A DNA stretch of 32,000 bases from Bdellovibrionales bacterium (GTDB lineage Bacteria > Bdellovibrionota > Bdellovibrionia > Bdellovibrionales > UBA1609): assembly GCA_963692945.1 (NCBI GenBank), contig OY843585.1, forward strand, positions 1,290,001-1,322,000. The letters are read 5' to 3'. The notes under the pieces were generated by a model. It saw only the letters and a list, made by a program, of their open reading frames with translations, had not been told where the DNA came from and ran no database searches. A program made the translations under genes and the position numbers. Shown one piece after another: positions 8,623 to 17,564 of the stretch. Position 1 is the first letter of the stretch; every line of letters begins with the position of its first letter.

Positions 8623-8673
8623 GAATGTAATTATTACACTCTACTTATTTTCTATTTGTAAAAAAACCCTATT

Positions 8674-8823
8674 TTACAGAGAAATTGGTATAAAATTACA
8701 GAGAAATTGGCTTAAATTATAGAGAAACTGGTTTAAATTACAGAGAAATTGTTATAAAATTACAGAGAAATTGGTATAAAATTACAGAGAAATTGTTTTA
8801 AATTATAGAGAAACTGGCTTAAA
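8674..8823. repeat. 7 x 21/22-bp tandem repeat (TTACAGAGAAATTGGTATAAAA family)
   Basis: Units at 8674-8695, 8696-8716, 8717-8737, 8738-8759, 8760-8781, 8782-8802 and 8803-8823. The last unit forms the final 7 codons (FKPVSL-stop) of the mevalonate kinase gene. Confidence 0.95.
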
Positions 8824-9705
8824 TTCTATTCCTAAATTCTTAGGAACTTCCCTATCCCACAAACTGATAACATAACCACCTAAACCTGAACCCGTTGGTT
8901 TGGTTGCTAAAGCCCCTGCCTCTTTTAATTTTTGACTATGAGATTCTAAATCATAAGACAATAAACTGAACTGTCTAAAACAATCTTCTCCTAAAGAAAG
9001 TCCTTCTTGTAATTTTTTCATCATGGATTCCCTATCTTCCGACATCATGGCCGACAAACAAAGTTCAACAGAACGAGCCATCTTTTCATCTATCTTAGCT
9101 AAGTCATCTTGTCGTTGACCTTTGAAAAATTTTTCCACTTTAGAGATACTAAAAAAAGTGGAAGACCTTCTTCCTGAATAAGACAGATACAAAAAAGGTT
9201 TTAATTTGGAAGGCTCTAAATACTTTTGAATTTCTCCTCCCTGAAACAACAAAGGTTTTCCTTCTAAAACAGCAGCAACATCTATTCCACTACTTTGCTT
9301 ATGAAACAAGTCCTCCAATTTTTTAGCAATCTCTTTTAAATCCTCTTTTTGAATCCAAGATTTATGCTGAAATAACAAAGCACAAGCTACAGATAAAATA
9401 GCTGAAGACCCAAGCCCTGCACCAAAAGGCACTTGGCTATCTATATAAATAACCCCTTTTAAATCTTTCCGTTTTTTATTAACTAATGCTAGAGCCTCTT
9501 CAAATAAAGGTGAAAAAGAAAAATCTAAACCAGATTGATCCTGACCACTATGCTTAATACTTAAAGGTTCCTCAGTATCTGTATAAGAAAAATCAATATA
9601 GTAGTGAGTTAAAGGAAAAACAAGAGCTGGTTTAGACCTTAAAACACTATGCTCCCCTGACAGAATCCATTTTGCATAAATTCGTTTTTTAAAATCCATA
9701 AACAC
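8803..9705 (-). CDS. mvk: Mevalonate kinase (GHMP kinase family)
   Basis: N-terminal KWILSGEHSVL matches the K.IL.GEH.VV motif of mevalonate kinases. GHMP motif II is PFGAGLGSSAILSVA and motif III is KPTGSGLGGYVI. The track start at 9705 is GTG; an ATG two codons in (9697-9699) is an alternative start. Confidence 0.85.
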   Translation of the reverse strand: MFMDFKKRIYAKWILSGEHSVLRSKPALVFPLTHYYIDFSYTDTEEPLSIKHSGQDQSGLDFSFSPLFEEALALVNKKRKDLKGVIYIDSQVPFGAGLGSSAILSVACALLFQHKSWIQKEDLKEIAKKLEDLFHKQSSGIDVAAVLEGKPLLFQGGEIQKYLEPSKLKPFLYLSYSGRRSSTFFSISKVEKFFKGQRQDDLAKIDEKMARSVELCLSAMMSEDRESMMKKLQEGLSLGEDCFRQFSLLSYDLESHSQKLKEAGALATKPTGSGLGGYVISLWDREVPKNLGIEFKPVSL

Positions 9706-9763
9706 TTTATTTAAAACTTAAAATAACTCCATTAACAAGACAAATTCAACTCTTAAAAAAATT

Positions 9764-10834
9764 CTACTCCATATCAGAAGATAAAATCAGATGATGAGAA
9801 AATAACTTTTCTATCTCCTTAACCAGATTCTTTTGATCTTGCCTATAAAGTAAATGAATATTCGCACCCGCATCCATAGTCACAATAGGACCATCTTTTT
9901 TTTCTTTCCAAAACCTGTCTAGTTGATTTAAAACCTCATCGGATAAATCCCTTTTGTATTTAAAAGGAGGATTGGAAGTTTCAAAAAGCGAATGCATATC
10001 CATAAACTCATCCCAAGAAATTTCAAAACATTTTTTCCAGTTTTTTGCTTTTAAAGCAACCATTAATTGATTCAATCGGTTTTCTGCTCTTTCAACTCGT
10101 CCTTCAAAATAAAGACTCTCCAAAACCCTTGCATGAGCTTGTCTAGAACTCACTTCTTTAACTCCTCTATCAATAACAATCAATTGATGCAAAAGATTTC
10201 CAAAAGAACATTCGTATTTTGTGGCAAACTCTCCTTTCCAATAAGCCCAAGGAGAAAAAAAAGAACGACAAGAAGAACCTGAACCTATACGACTGATAGC
10301 TGACAAATCTTTTGTTGTTAAACTTTCTATATAGTCCTTACGAGAAGAAACATTTTTAGCCAATTTATAAGCAGCTAAGGTTAAAGCAGAAAAACTAGAA
10401 GCTGAGCTAGCAGCTCCAGAAGATAAGGGAAAATTATTAACAGAGCTTATACTATAAGAACCAGTAAAAAAAAATTTCCTTTTAAGAACTTGAAAAAAAT
10501 CTAGAAATTTTTTTTGGTTCTCAGAAGATAAATCTGTATCAAAAGTAATATCTTGAGAAGAGCGATAGCATTTTTTTTTAGAATTTTCCGAAAAATTTTT
10601 TTCATAAACAAAATAAGAATCAAAAACAAAGGGATTAAGATTATAAGGACGCCACTCATCTTCAAAACTTTCACATTTTTGAATAGTGACTTTTGTTATA
10701 AAATGATTTAGTGAATAGGATAAAGAAGAGTTAAGAGGAATGTTTTTAGAATCCATGTCCTCTTTTTTAAATTCCCTTTTTCCCATGTATTTTATAAGAG
10801 CAAGGTTAGAAAAAGAAGAAGCCTCCCATTTCAA
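9764..10834 (-). CDS. mvaD: Diphosphomevalonate decarboxylase
   Basis: NLALIKYMGKR (compare NIALIKYWGKR), SSGAASSASSFSALT and GSGSSCRSF are the hallmark MVD motifs. TTG start at 10832-10834 overlaps the TGA of the upstream gene, with AGAGG 7 nt upstream. Confidence 0.85.
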   Translation of the reverse strand: MKWEASSFSNLALIKYMGKREFKKEDMDSKNIPLNSSLSYSLNHFITKVTIQKCESFEDEWRPYNLNPFVFDSYFVYEKNFSENSKKKCYRSSQDITFDTDLSSENQKKFLDFFQVLKRKFFFTGSYSISSVNNFPLSSGAASSASSFSALTLAAYKLAKNVSSRKDYIESLTTKDLSAISRIGSGSSCRSFFSPWAYWKGEFATKYECSFGNLLHQLIVIDRGVKEVSSRQAHARVLESLYFEGRVERAENRLNQLMVALKAKNWKKCFEISWDEFMDMHSLFETSNPPFKYKRDLSDEVLNQLDRFWKEKKDGPIVTMDAGANIHLLYRQDQKNLVKEIEKLFSHHLILSSDME

Positions 10835-11739
10835 ATGTCAGCCTCTTTGTTTTTTGTAATGGTGTGGAACTCTACACCGTAAGTTAATTGGCTTTCATCT
10901 GTTAGAATTTCAAAATCCGAAAGTTGTGACTTTACAATCTCTTTGTCTTCTATTTTAAAAAGTAAAATAACTGCCTCTGCACCCATAGCACCACAACCTT
11001 TATAAGCTTGAACTTCTTTAATTTTAGAAAGTTTTTCTAAAATTTCTTTTGTTTTATCTGTAACAAAACCTTTTCTTGCCAAAGTTTTACCATACTCTTT
11101 AATACTATCTATAAACTCATCCTCTTTTTTAGATTTCATACTATCCACACCTCTTTGTGCAATTTCTTTTAAATCAGACACATTGGGAAGTTTCAAAGAT
11201 TTTAAATACTTATGAGTTGCTAATTGCTGACCTGTTTTTAAAACAAAAAAACCTATATCTGGAAAAACAGCTGTTAAAGACTCCACAGATAAAGGATCTT
11301 GTTCAAAAATACAAATTCCTCCAATCCATTGAGAAATAATATCAGCCCCACTAGGCAACCAACCTTCAAATTCCATTTCACGATAAGTTCTCCAAAGTTT
11401 TTGAGGTTGTATTTTCTCAATAGATTCTCCTCTTAAAAAAGAGCTATAGGCATAAAGAATATTAAATTGAGCAGAAGAAAAACCAAACCCTTTATAACCA
11501 TTAAAAGGATCTGTCCATTCTAAAGAAACACCAAGAAATTCCTTAGAATTTTTTTTCATCCACTGATAAGCAGGACTTTTCTTATTTGAGGAATTCATTA
11601 TAGAAGAATTTGCGTCTTTTCTAATAAAACATTTAAACCGAGGAGATGTATTAAATAAAACAGCTGGTCCGTTATCTAAAACTCCATACTCACCCAAAAC
11701 AAAAGTTTTAGAAGGACAAGATATTTCTACAATATTCAT
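10831..11739 (-). CDS. mvaK2: Phosphomevalonate kinase (GHMP/ERG8 type)
   Basis: N-terminal SKTFVLGEYGVL (GEY rather than GEH, typical of PMK). Motif II-like GFGFSSAQ and motif III-like KGCGAMGAEAVILL. Lies between HMG-CoA reductase and the decarboxylase. Confidence 0.7.
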   Translation of the reverse strand: MNIVEISCPSKTFVLGEYGVLDNGPAVLFNTSPRFKCFIRKDANSSIMNSSNKKSPAYQWMKKNSKEFLGVSLEWTDPFNGYKGFGFSSAQFNILYAYSSFLRGESIEKIQPQKLWRTYREMEFEGWLPSGADIISQWIGGICIFEQDPLSVESLTAVFPDIGFFVLKTGQQLATHKYLKSLKLPNVSDLKEIAQRGVDSMKSKKEDEFIDSIKEYGKTLARKGFVTDKTKEILEKLSKIKEVQAYKGCGAMGAEAVILLFKIEDKEIVKSQLSDFEILTDESQLTYGVEFHTITKNKEADI

Positions 11740-11805
11740 AATCTTAGTAAGGTAACCATAAAATTTAATGAATCGCTAATAATTTTTTTATATTTTAATA
11801 GACAC

Positions 11806-13089
11806 TTAAGACCAATGATGTGTCTTTCTCCAATGATTTAAATCTTTAACAGCTTGGGTAAAAGACACTCTTTTTGTTTGTTTTAAAGTATTCATCAAAT
11901 GTTTTTCTAACAAAGATTTTTCTGTAGAAGTAGCTCCTGTTTTTAAAACTAAATTTTTGATATGAAGTTTCATATGACCTTCAATGACCCCTTCTGTCAC
12001 TAAAGCTCTTAGGGCTCCTAAATTTTGAACCAACCCTAAAGAACAACAAAGGGAAGCCAACTCTTCCGAATTAGGAAAACCAAGAATCTTTGAACACAAA
12101 TGAGCTGTAGGATGTAAATTTGTAACACCTCCTACAGTTCCTAACATAAAAGGACCTTCCATAACACCATGAAGATCCCTTCCTTGAACTCTCCACTTGG
12201 TTAAAGAAGTGTATCTCCCTTTGCGACTTGCATAAGCGTGCAATCCAGATTCCACAGCTCTCCAATCATTACCTGTAGCAATAAGCAAAGCATCTATACC
12301 ATTTAAGACACCTTTATTATTTGTAGCGGCTCGGTAAGGGTCTATCTCTGCAAATAAAGAGGCTTCTTCTATTTTTTCAATCAATACAGGGTCTTGATTG
12401 CGAACAATCACTTTTGAACGAACCATTCTTTTATCAGCAAGGTTAGATAGAATACACATAGTCACTTCTTCTTGACTTTCTTTCTCAAGAGGTTCTTTTA
12501 GATATTCACAAACTTGATTGATAAGATTGGCTCCCATAGCATCACAAGTTTCTATATGAAGATGTAAGACGGCCATTTTTTTTGAGTCAGGACGATCTAA
12601 AGAGCGAAGCTCCCAAGATTTAAGCCCTCCTCCTCTTTTCACCATAGCAGAAAGGACTTTCTTATTCACATCTTCTTTCCATGCTGGAAAATTCTTTTGA
12701 ATTGCTTTTTGTAAACGATCAAATTTTTTAACTTTAGCTATTTGTATTTGTCCAATAGAAAGACGACTTAAAACTTCTGTTGTTATCTCCCCATTTTCAG
12801 AAATCCAGCGAGCTGTTTTACTAGCAGCTGCAATAATAGAAGTTTCTTCAACAGCAAGAGGCAAAATATAATCCTTATTATTGATAACAAAATTAACAGC
12901 CACACCTAAAGGCATTTCAAAATAACCGAGAGCATTTTCTATAAAGTCTTCAGCCACTTCAGGAGATTTAAGCCCTCCTGATGTAAGATATAAAATATCC
13001 TCTTTATCTAAATAAGATAACTCCTTAAGTTTATTAAGACGAGCCATGTAATTTAATTTTGAAAATCCTTTTAATCTTGTATCTTCCAT
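11806..13089 (-). CDS. mvaA: HMG-CoA reductase, class II
   Basis: EETSIIAAASK, DAMGANLIN, NNKGVLNGIDALLIATGNDWRAVE and GTVGG match class II HMGR signature blocks. The length of 427 aa is typical of soluble bacterial class II enzymes. Confidence 0.9.
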   Translation of the reverse strand: MEDTRLKGFSKLNYMARLNKLKELSYLDKEDILYLTSGGLKSPEVAEDFIENALGYFEMPLGVAVNFVINNKDYILPLAVEETSIIAAASKTARWISENGEITTEVLSRLSIGQIQIAKVKKFDRLQKAIQKNFPAWKEDVNKKVLSAMVKRGGGLKSWELRSLDRPDSKKMAVLHLHIETCDAMGANLINQVCEYLKEPLEKESQEEVTMCILSNLADKRMVRSKVIVRNQDPVLIEKIEEASLFAEIDPYRAATNNKGVLNGIDALLIATGNDWRAVESGLHAYASRKGRYTSLTKWRVQGRDLHGVMEGPFMLGTVGGVTNLHPTAHLCSKILGFPNSEELASLCCSLGLVQNLGALRALVTEGVIEGHMKLHIKNLVLKTGATSTEKSLLEKHLMNTLKQTKRVSFTQAVKDLNHWRKTHHWS

Positions 13090-14105
13090 TTATTTTCTCC
13101 TCTAATTTCTTTTAAATTTTGAGAACCTGTGCAAAATAAACTCACTTTTAATTCGTATTCTAATTTAGTCATGACTCTATCTAACATGTCTTCCCCTTCA
13201 CTTAAAGCCTTTAAAATAGGGCTAGCAAATCCAACCATTTCTGCTCCGAGAGCAAGAGTTTTAGCTGCATCTAAACCTGTTCTAATTCCTCCAGAAGCCC
13301 ACAAATCATAATCTCTTGTCTTTTCCCTTCCATAAATTAAAGAATCAAAAGTATTAACTCCCCAAGATGCAAAGGTTTCCCCAATACCTGAACGAAAATC
13401 TTCTTTTAAAAAACGACTCCCTTCCAATCTTCCCCAATGAGTTCCTCCTAAGCCACTAACATCTACAGCTTTTAAACCTAAACCGGTTAAACGATCTAAA
13501 CTCACTTGAGAAAATCCACAACCTGTTTCTTTTACAATCAAAGGCACTGGCAATTCTTTGACTAATTTTTTGAGTAATTCCAAACCTCCTTTAAATTGAG
13601 GTGTTCCTTCTTTTTGAAGAGATTCTTGAAGAGAGTTTAAATGAATAATCATTCCTTGAGCTTGAAGAGAATCAATAAGCTGGATAAGACTTTTTGTAGA
13701 AATGGTTAAAGCTTGTGAAAGACCTATATTTCCTAAAAGAATTAAGTTGGGACAAGATTTTCGTATCCTCTTCCACTCTTCCGCTTTTACAGGATTTTCT
13801 AATTGCCCCCTTTGAGACCCCACTCCCATAACCCAAGAATGTTTTTCACAAGCTTGTGCCAATTTGAGATTAAACTCCTCCGAATCTTTCCAACCTCCTG
13901 TCATAGAACAAACAAAAAAGGGAGTTTTTAATTTTTGTCCCAAGCAAGTTTGAGAGATAGACACATCTTCAAGATTTAAATTTGGTAAGGCCTCATGTAT
14001 GAGTTGAACCGAATCCAAACCAGTCCCTTTAAGAGATTGAACATTTTCTTTTAAAGAAAGTTCAAAGTGACTTTTTTTTCTCTTTTCAAAAACACTCTCC
14101 TTCAT
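13071..14105 (-). CDS. fni: Isopentenyl-diphosphate delta-isomerase, type 2 (FMN-dependent)
   Basis: N-terminal RKKSHFE, SMTGG, GVGSQR, ETGCGFS, VSGLGGTHWGRLE and ASGGIRTGLDAAKTLALGA match the type 2 IDI TIM-barrel motifs. Overlaps mvaA by 19 bp. Confidence 0.88.
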   Translation of the reverse strand: MKESVFEKRKKSHFELSLKENVQSLKGTGLDSVQLIHEALPNLNLEDVSISQTCLGQKLKTPFFVCSMTGGWKDSEEFNLKLAQACEKHSWVMGVGSQRGQLENPVKAEEWKRIRKSCPNLILLGNIGLSQALTISTKSLIQLIDSLQAQGMIIHLNSLQESLQKEGTPQFKGGLELLKKLVKELPVPLIVKETGCGFSQVSLDRLTGLGLKAVDVSGLGGTHWGRLEGSRFLKEDFRSGIGETFASWGVNTFDSLIYGREKTRDYDLWASGGIRTGLDAAKTLALGAEMVGFASPILKALSEGEDMLDRVMTKLEYELKVSLFCTGSQNLKEIRGENKWKIQD

Positions 14106-14118
14106 GGAAATCTTTTTT

Positions 14119-14463
14119 TTAATGAAGAGCCTTCTCTACGACTTTTGAAAAAGATTTAGGATGTAAGACAGCAAGATCTGCTAATACTTTACGATCTAGA
14201 GGAATTTCTTTTTTACGAATAGCATTCATTAAACAAGAGTAAGTTGTCCCATTAAGACGAGCCGCTCCGTTGATTCTTTGAATCCAAAGACGACGGAAGT
14301 TTCTTTTTTTATTTCTGCGATCTCTATATTGATAGACTAAAGCTCTATCCGATTTTTCAATAGCCACTGAAAAACAACGACTATTTGCTGAATAAAAACC
14401 TTTCGCTCTTTTTAAGATTTTCTTTCTAAATTTTCTGGCTTTAAAACCTCTTTTAACACGCAT
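14119..14463 (-). CDS. rplT: 50S ribosomal protein L20
   Basis: MRVKRGFKARKFRKKILKRAKGF... is a typical L20 N-terminus. GGAG lies 7 nt upstream of the ATG. Only 13 bp separate its stop from the fni start. Confidence 0.95.
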   Translation of the reverse strand: MRVKRGFKARKFRKKILKRAKGFYSANSRCFSVAIEKSDRALVYQYRDRRNKKRNFRRLWIQRINGAARLNGTTYSCLMNAIRKKEIPLDRKVLADLAVLHPKSFSKVVEKALH

Positions 14464-14481
14464 GATTTTACTCCTTTTATT

Positions 14482-14685
14482 CTATCTAGCTACAAGTTGC
14501 CGTTTAACAGCCTTAACATCTGTACTATCAACATAAGTCATCTTCCCAAGTTGACGCTTTCTTTTTGAAGATTTATTGGAAAGGATGTGCCTCAAACCTT
14601 TTTTCTTCCGTTTAACATTGCCACTAGGTTTTAAACGAAATCTCTTTTGAGTCCCTTTATGAGTCTTGGCCTTATTAGCAGCCAT
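14482..14685 (-). CDS. rpmI: 50S ribosomal protein L35
   Basis: MAANKAKTHKGTQKRFRLKPSGNVKRKKKGLRHIL is L35-like. The start was moved to the ATG at 14683-14685 because AGGAGG sits 5 nt upstream. The 13 extra codons of the track ORF (to 14724) would overlap that RBS. Confidence 0.9.
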   Translation of the reverse strand: MAANKAKTHKGTQKRFRLKPSGNVKRKKKGLRHILSNKSSKRKRQLGKMTYVDSTDVKAVKRQLVAR

Positions 14686-14961
14686 ATTTACCTCCTGTGC
14701 AGGTGGCTTAAAGCTCTTGTACACTGCAATCAGTTTCTTTTTCTAAGGATTTCAGAGTTTAAATCACCCCAAAATCTTTTAAGAAAACCATAAAACCAGT
14801 TTCTTAAGGAATAATCAAGTGATTTTTTTTCAAAAAAGATCTTATTTTACTTTGACTATCTTTGAGACGTTTAGGAGGTTCATTAAGTCTATCCTTCTCA
14901 TTATCTAATAAACTTGAGAATCCATTTATTTTTTTAAGCTCACTAACTTCTAAAACTCTAT

Positions 14962-16191
14962 TTACTTTGTCTCTTCACCAACAGATTTATTAAGCTGCGA
15001 TGAATGAAATTCATCTTTTATTATCTTTCTAATTTTTCTTTCTATATAACCTATCTCAGCCTTTTTGGAACCCCACCGTTTTGCAATTTCCTCTTGAGTC
15101 ATGAAAAGGTTTGAACCCCCCCCCTCAACAAATATACGGTTTTTAGCAATATATATATATAAATCTCTATGCTTCTCAACATGTTTTCTCAATTTCATTG
15201 TTTTTAAATGATTCATTGTCCACTCTTCAATAGGCTCTATGTGGCTTCTTCTATTTAATTCTTTATTTAAAACGACATTCTTCTTTTCCTTAGGATATCT
15301 ATTAAGCTGCGATGAATGAAACTCATCTTTTATCATTTCTCTAATTTGTTTTTCTATGTGACTTATTCTCGTTCTACTAAGACCCCACTTTTTTGCCATT
15401 TCTTCCTGTTCAATCAAATCTACACTCTCATCAGCAAATATACGTTTTTCAACAACCTCTAAATATAAATCTCTATTCTTCTTAACATCTTCTCTCATTC
15501 TCATTGTTTTTAAATGATTCATTGTCCAATCCTTAATTTGTCTTAGATAGATCCTATTTAAAAGAACATCTTCTATTCTAGTAGTTTGATTTCTACTTAA
15601 AAGTATCTCTCCTGTTTCTGCATCAGTATAATTTTTAGGGAGAACATGCCTTATTGCTCCAAGGTGTCCTATACGCTTTCTATATCTAATAATATTATTT
15701 TTAGTGCTTTTCCCTATATAGCCAGAAAGTGGAATGAGCATTCCTTTTTCTTTTCTTTCATAGTATTGTTGAATAATAATAGGAAGTTGTTTCAATCCTT
15801 CTTGAAAATAATCATCATAATGACTTCTTGAATGTCTATCATTAGAAAGGTTATAAGCTATTCTAAAAATAAGTTGAAAGTTTGAAAAATACAAAATCAG
15901 ATAAGATCTTTCATCTTTATTTTTCATATAGAATTTTACTATCTGTAATTCCTCTCCTTCTTCTAACCTAGGATAAAGACTTTTAACCTGTTGTACAGAT
16001 CCATATTTAATCATAGTCTTCAGGAATTTTAATGAGTATTTTTTATCTGAAAATTTACTATCCGTCTCAAGAATATTTTGAACTTCTTTTTGTTCTTGCT
16101 TCGCTTGAGTTTTAAAAACACCCTTGCAAGAATCTGCAAAAACATCTATTGAAAATACTGAAAAATAGACAAGAACTAAAAGAATCCTCAT
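14962..16191 (-). CDS. Sigma-70-like protein with N-terminal signal peptide and two region-4-like HTH modules (paralog 1)
   Basis: The track ORF starts at TTG 16215. The ATG at 16189-16191 (MRILLVLVYFSVFSIDVFA|DSCKG) is preferred, with AGGGATGG 9 nt upstream as in paralog 3. Region 2-like: YLILYFSNFQLIFRIAYNL...DDYFQEGLKQL. Two region 4-like modules: RDLYLEVVEKRIF..EEMAKKWGLSRTRISHIEKQIREMI and RDLYIYIAKNRIF..QEEIAKRWGSKKAEIGYIERKIRKII. Confidence 0.65.
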   Translation of the reverse strand: MRILLVLVYFSVFSIDVFADSCKGVFKTQAKQEQKEVQNILETDSKFSDKKYSLKFLKTMIKYGSVQQVKSLYPRLEEGEELQIVKFYMKNKDERSYLILYFSNFQLIFRIAYNLSNDRHSRSHYDDYFQEGLKQLPIIIQQYYERKEKGMLIPLSGYIGKSTKNNIIRYRKRIGHLGAIRHVLPKNYTDAETGEILLSRNQTTRIEDVLLNRIYLRQIKDWTMNHLKTMRMREDVKKNRDLYLEVVEKRIFADESVDLIEQEEMAKKWGLSRTRISHIEKQIREMIKDEFHSSQLNRYPKEKKNVVLNKELNRRSHIEPIEEWTMNHLKTMKLRKHVEKHRDLYIYIAKNRIFVEGGGSNLFMTQEEIAKRWGSKKAEIGYIERKIRKIIKDEFHSSQLNKSVGEETK

Positions 16192-16213
16192 AGAATAGAC
16201 CATCCCTGACACC

Positions 16214-16242
16214 AAACTAACTACAAACTAAAAATCTGTAAA
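16214..16242 (-). promoter_or_regulatory. Candidate sigma-70-type promoter for paralog 1 (TTTACA-17-TAGTTT)
   Basis: The minus strand has TTTACA (16237-16242), a 17-nt spacer and TAGTTT (16214-16219). The same arrangement is conserved in the homologous leader of paralog 3. Confidence 0.3.
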
Positions 16243-16300
16243 TACTAAGTGTAAAATCTTCACTGATTCATTAAGATAAAACCCCTATTTTTAAACACTT

Positions 16301-17563
16301 TTATTTAAAAAATGTAGAAATATCATCACTATCTTTTCTTAACTTATCAGACTTAATTTTACTTTCTATCATTCTAATAATATTGAGCTCTATCCTAGCA
16401 ACTTTAGAAATAGAAGAATTAAATCTTTCTGCAATTTTTCTAAACACAACCCTATTCTCTTTTAAACTAACAAAAACACGTCCTTCTGCGACAGCAATCC
16501 ATAAATCTCTATTCGTGCCTTTTTGCACTTGCCCTTTTTTCAACCTATTTAATGTCCAATCTTTAATCTCCTTTAAATATTTCTGATCTATAAATAAACT
16601 CTTTTTTAAAAAAGAAACATTTTTATCTTTTATGTCTTCTTTTTTTTGATCTGGCTTTTGAGTAAACTCATCTATTATCCTATCAGTTATTTGAGATTCT
16701 ATTTGTTTCACCCTCTGTGTTGTAATCTTAAATTTTTTTGCAATATTTTTTAGAGTCTCAGGCTCTCTATTTGTGAACATACGGTTTTCAGCAACATACC
16801 GCCACAATTTCCTACTTTTATCTTCTTTCTTTTTTATTATATTATTGAATGTCCAATCCTTAATTTCCTTCAAATAGATGTCATCAGTAACTTCTTTTTC
16901 TATATTAGATTTGGAACGAAATGATTCACTCTCTGTAGTAAATTCTTTTTCTACATCTTGTAATTCAACATTTTTTTGAGACACATGATTTCTCACCAAT
17001 ACATTTTTTTTCATATGTTTCTTAAGACGCAAATCAAGATTCAAACTTGCATAATTCAAAAAGGAGTTATTTTTAACAAAGTCATACTCTTTAATGGCAT
17101 TGGAAAGTATCAAGAGACCTTCTTGAAAATAATCATCATAATTCATCCCTTCACCCTCATGATATCTGATATTTTTATAACGATGAGCCATTTTAGCAAC
17201 AAGCTTGAAATGTGAAAAATACAAAACCCAGTAAGATCTTTCATCTTTAGTCTTTTGATAGTGTTTTAGCATCTGTAATTGATCTTCTTTATCCAAAATA
17301 GAGTAAGTATTCATAATACTTGATATAGAAAGAATCTGACTTGCGTTTTTGAGATAAGCTAGTGAATATTTTTTATCTAAAAATTTACTATCCGTCTCAA
17401 GAATATTTTGAACTTTTTGCTCTTGTTTAACTTGATCCTTTTGAACTTCTTTGTGTTCTCGCTTCTCTTGATCTTTAAAAACACCTTTACAAGAATGGCT
17501 AGAAAAAGCATTCCAAGATAAAAATACAAAAACAAAAAAAATGAATCTACTTATCATAAACAT
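16301..17563 (-). CDS. Sigma-70-like protein with N-terminal signal peptide and two region-4-like HTH modules (paralog 2)
   Basis: Start moved to the ATG at 17561-17563 (MFMISRFIFFVFVFLSWNAFS|SHSCKG), one nt after the TGA of paralog 3 (TGAaATG). Region 2-like: YWVLYFSHFKLVAKMAHRY...YDDYFQEGLLILSNAIKEYDFVKNNSFLNYA. Region 4-like modules: LKNIAKKFKITTQRVKQIESQITDRI and FRKIAERFNSSISKVARIELNIIRMI. Confidence 0.65.
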   Translation of the reverse strand: MFMISRFIFFVFVFLSWNAFSSHSCKGVFKDQEKREHKEVQKDQVKQEQKVQNILETDSKFLDKKYSLAYLKNASQILSISSIMNTYSILDKEDQLQMLKHYQKTKDERSYWVLYFSHFKLVAKMAHRYKNIRYHEGEGMNYDDYFQEGLLILSNAIKEYDFVKNNSFLNYASLNLDLRLKKHMKKNVLVRNHVSQKNVELQDVEKEFTTESESFRSKSNIEKEVTDDIYLKEIKDWTFNNIIKKKEDKSRKLWRYVAENRMFTNREPETLKNIAKKFKITTQRVKQIESQITDRIIDEFTQKPDQKKEDIKDKNVSFLKKSLFIDQKYLKEIKDWTLNRLKKGQVQKGTNRDLWIAVAEGRVFVSLKENRVVFRKIAERFNSSISKVARIELNIIRMIESKIKSDKLRKDSDDISTFFK

Positions 17564-17564
17564 T

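Noticed and set aside
8674-8823. Possible CRISPR array (regular short repeats).
   Set aside because: The units are contiguous with no spacers, are only 21-22 bp long, and have no cas genes nearby. This is a simple tandem repeat.
14725-14961. Possible L20-binding regulatory leader or terminator upstream of rpmI.
   Set aside because: Only weak, AT-rich inverted repeats were seen by eye. There is no convincing hairpin plus U-tract and no recognisable pseudoknot. This cannot be supported without folding software.
16130-16191. Lipoprotein (SPase II) signal in the sigma-like proteins, because a conserved Cys follows the hydrophobic segment.
   Set aside because: The Cys lies 2 residues beyond the A/S cleavage-type residue (VFA-DS-C, AFS-SH-C). 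There is no L-x-[AGS]-C lipobox directly preceding it. An SPase I site or a signal-anchor is more consistent.
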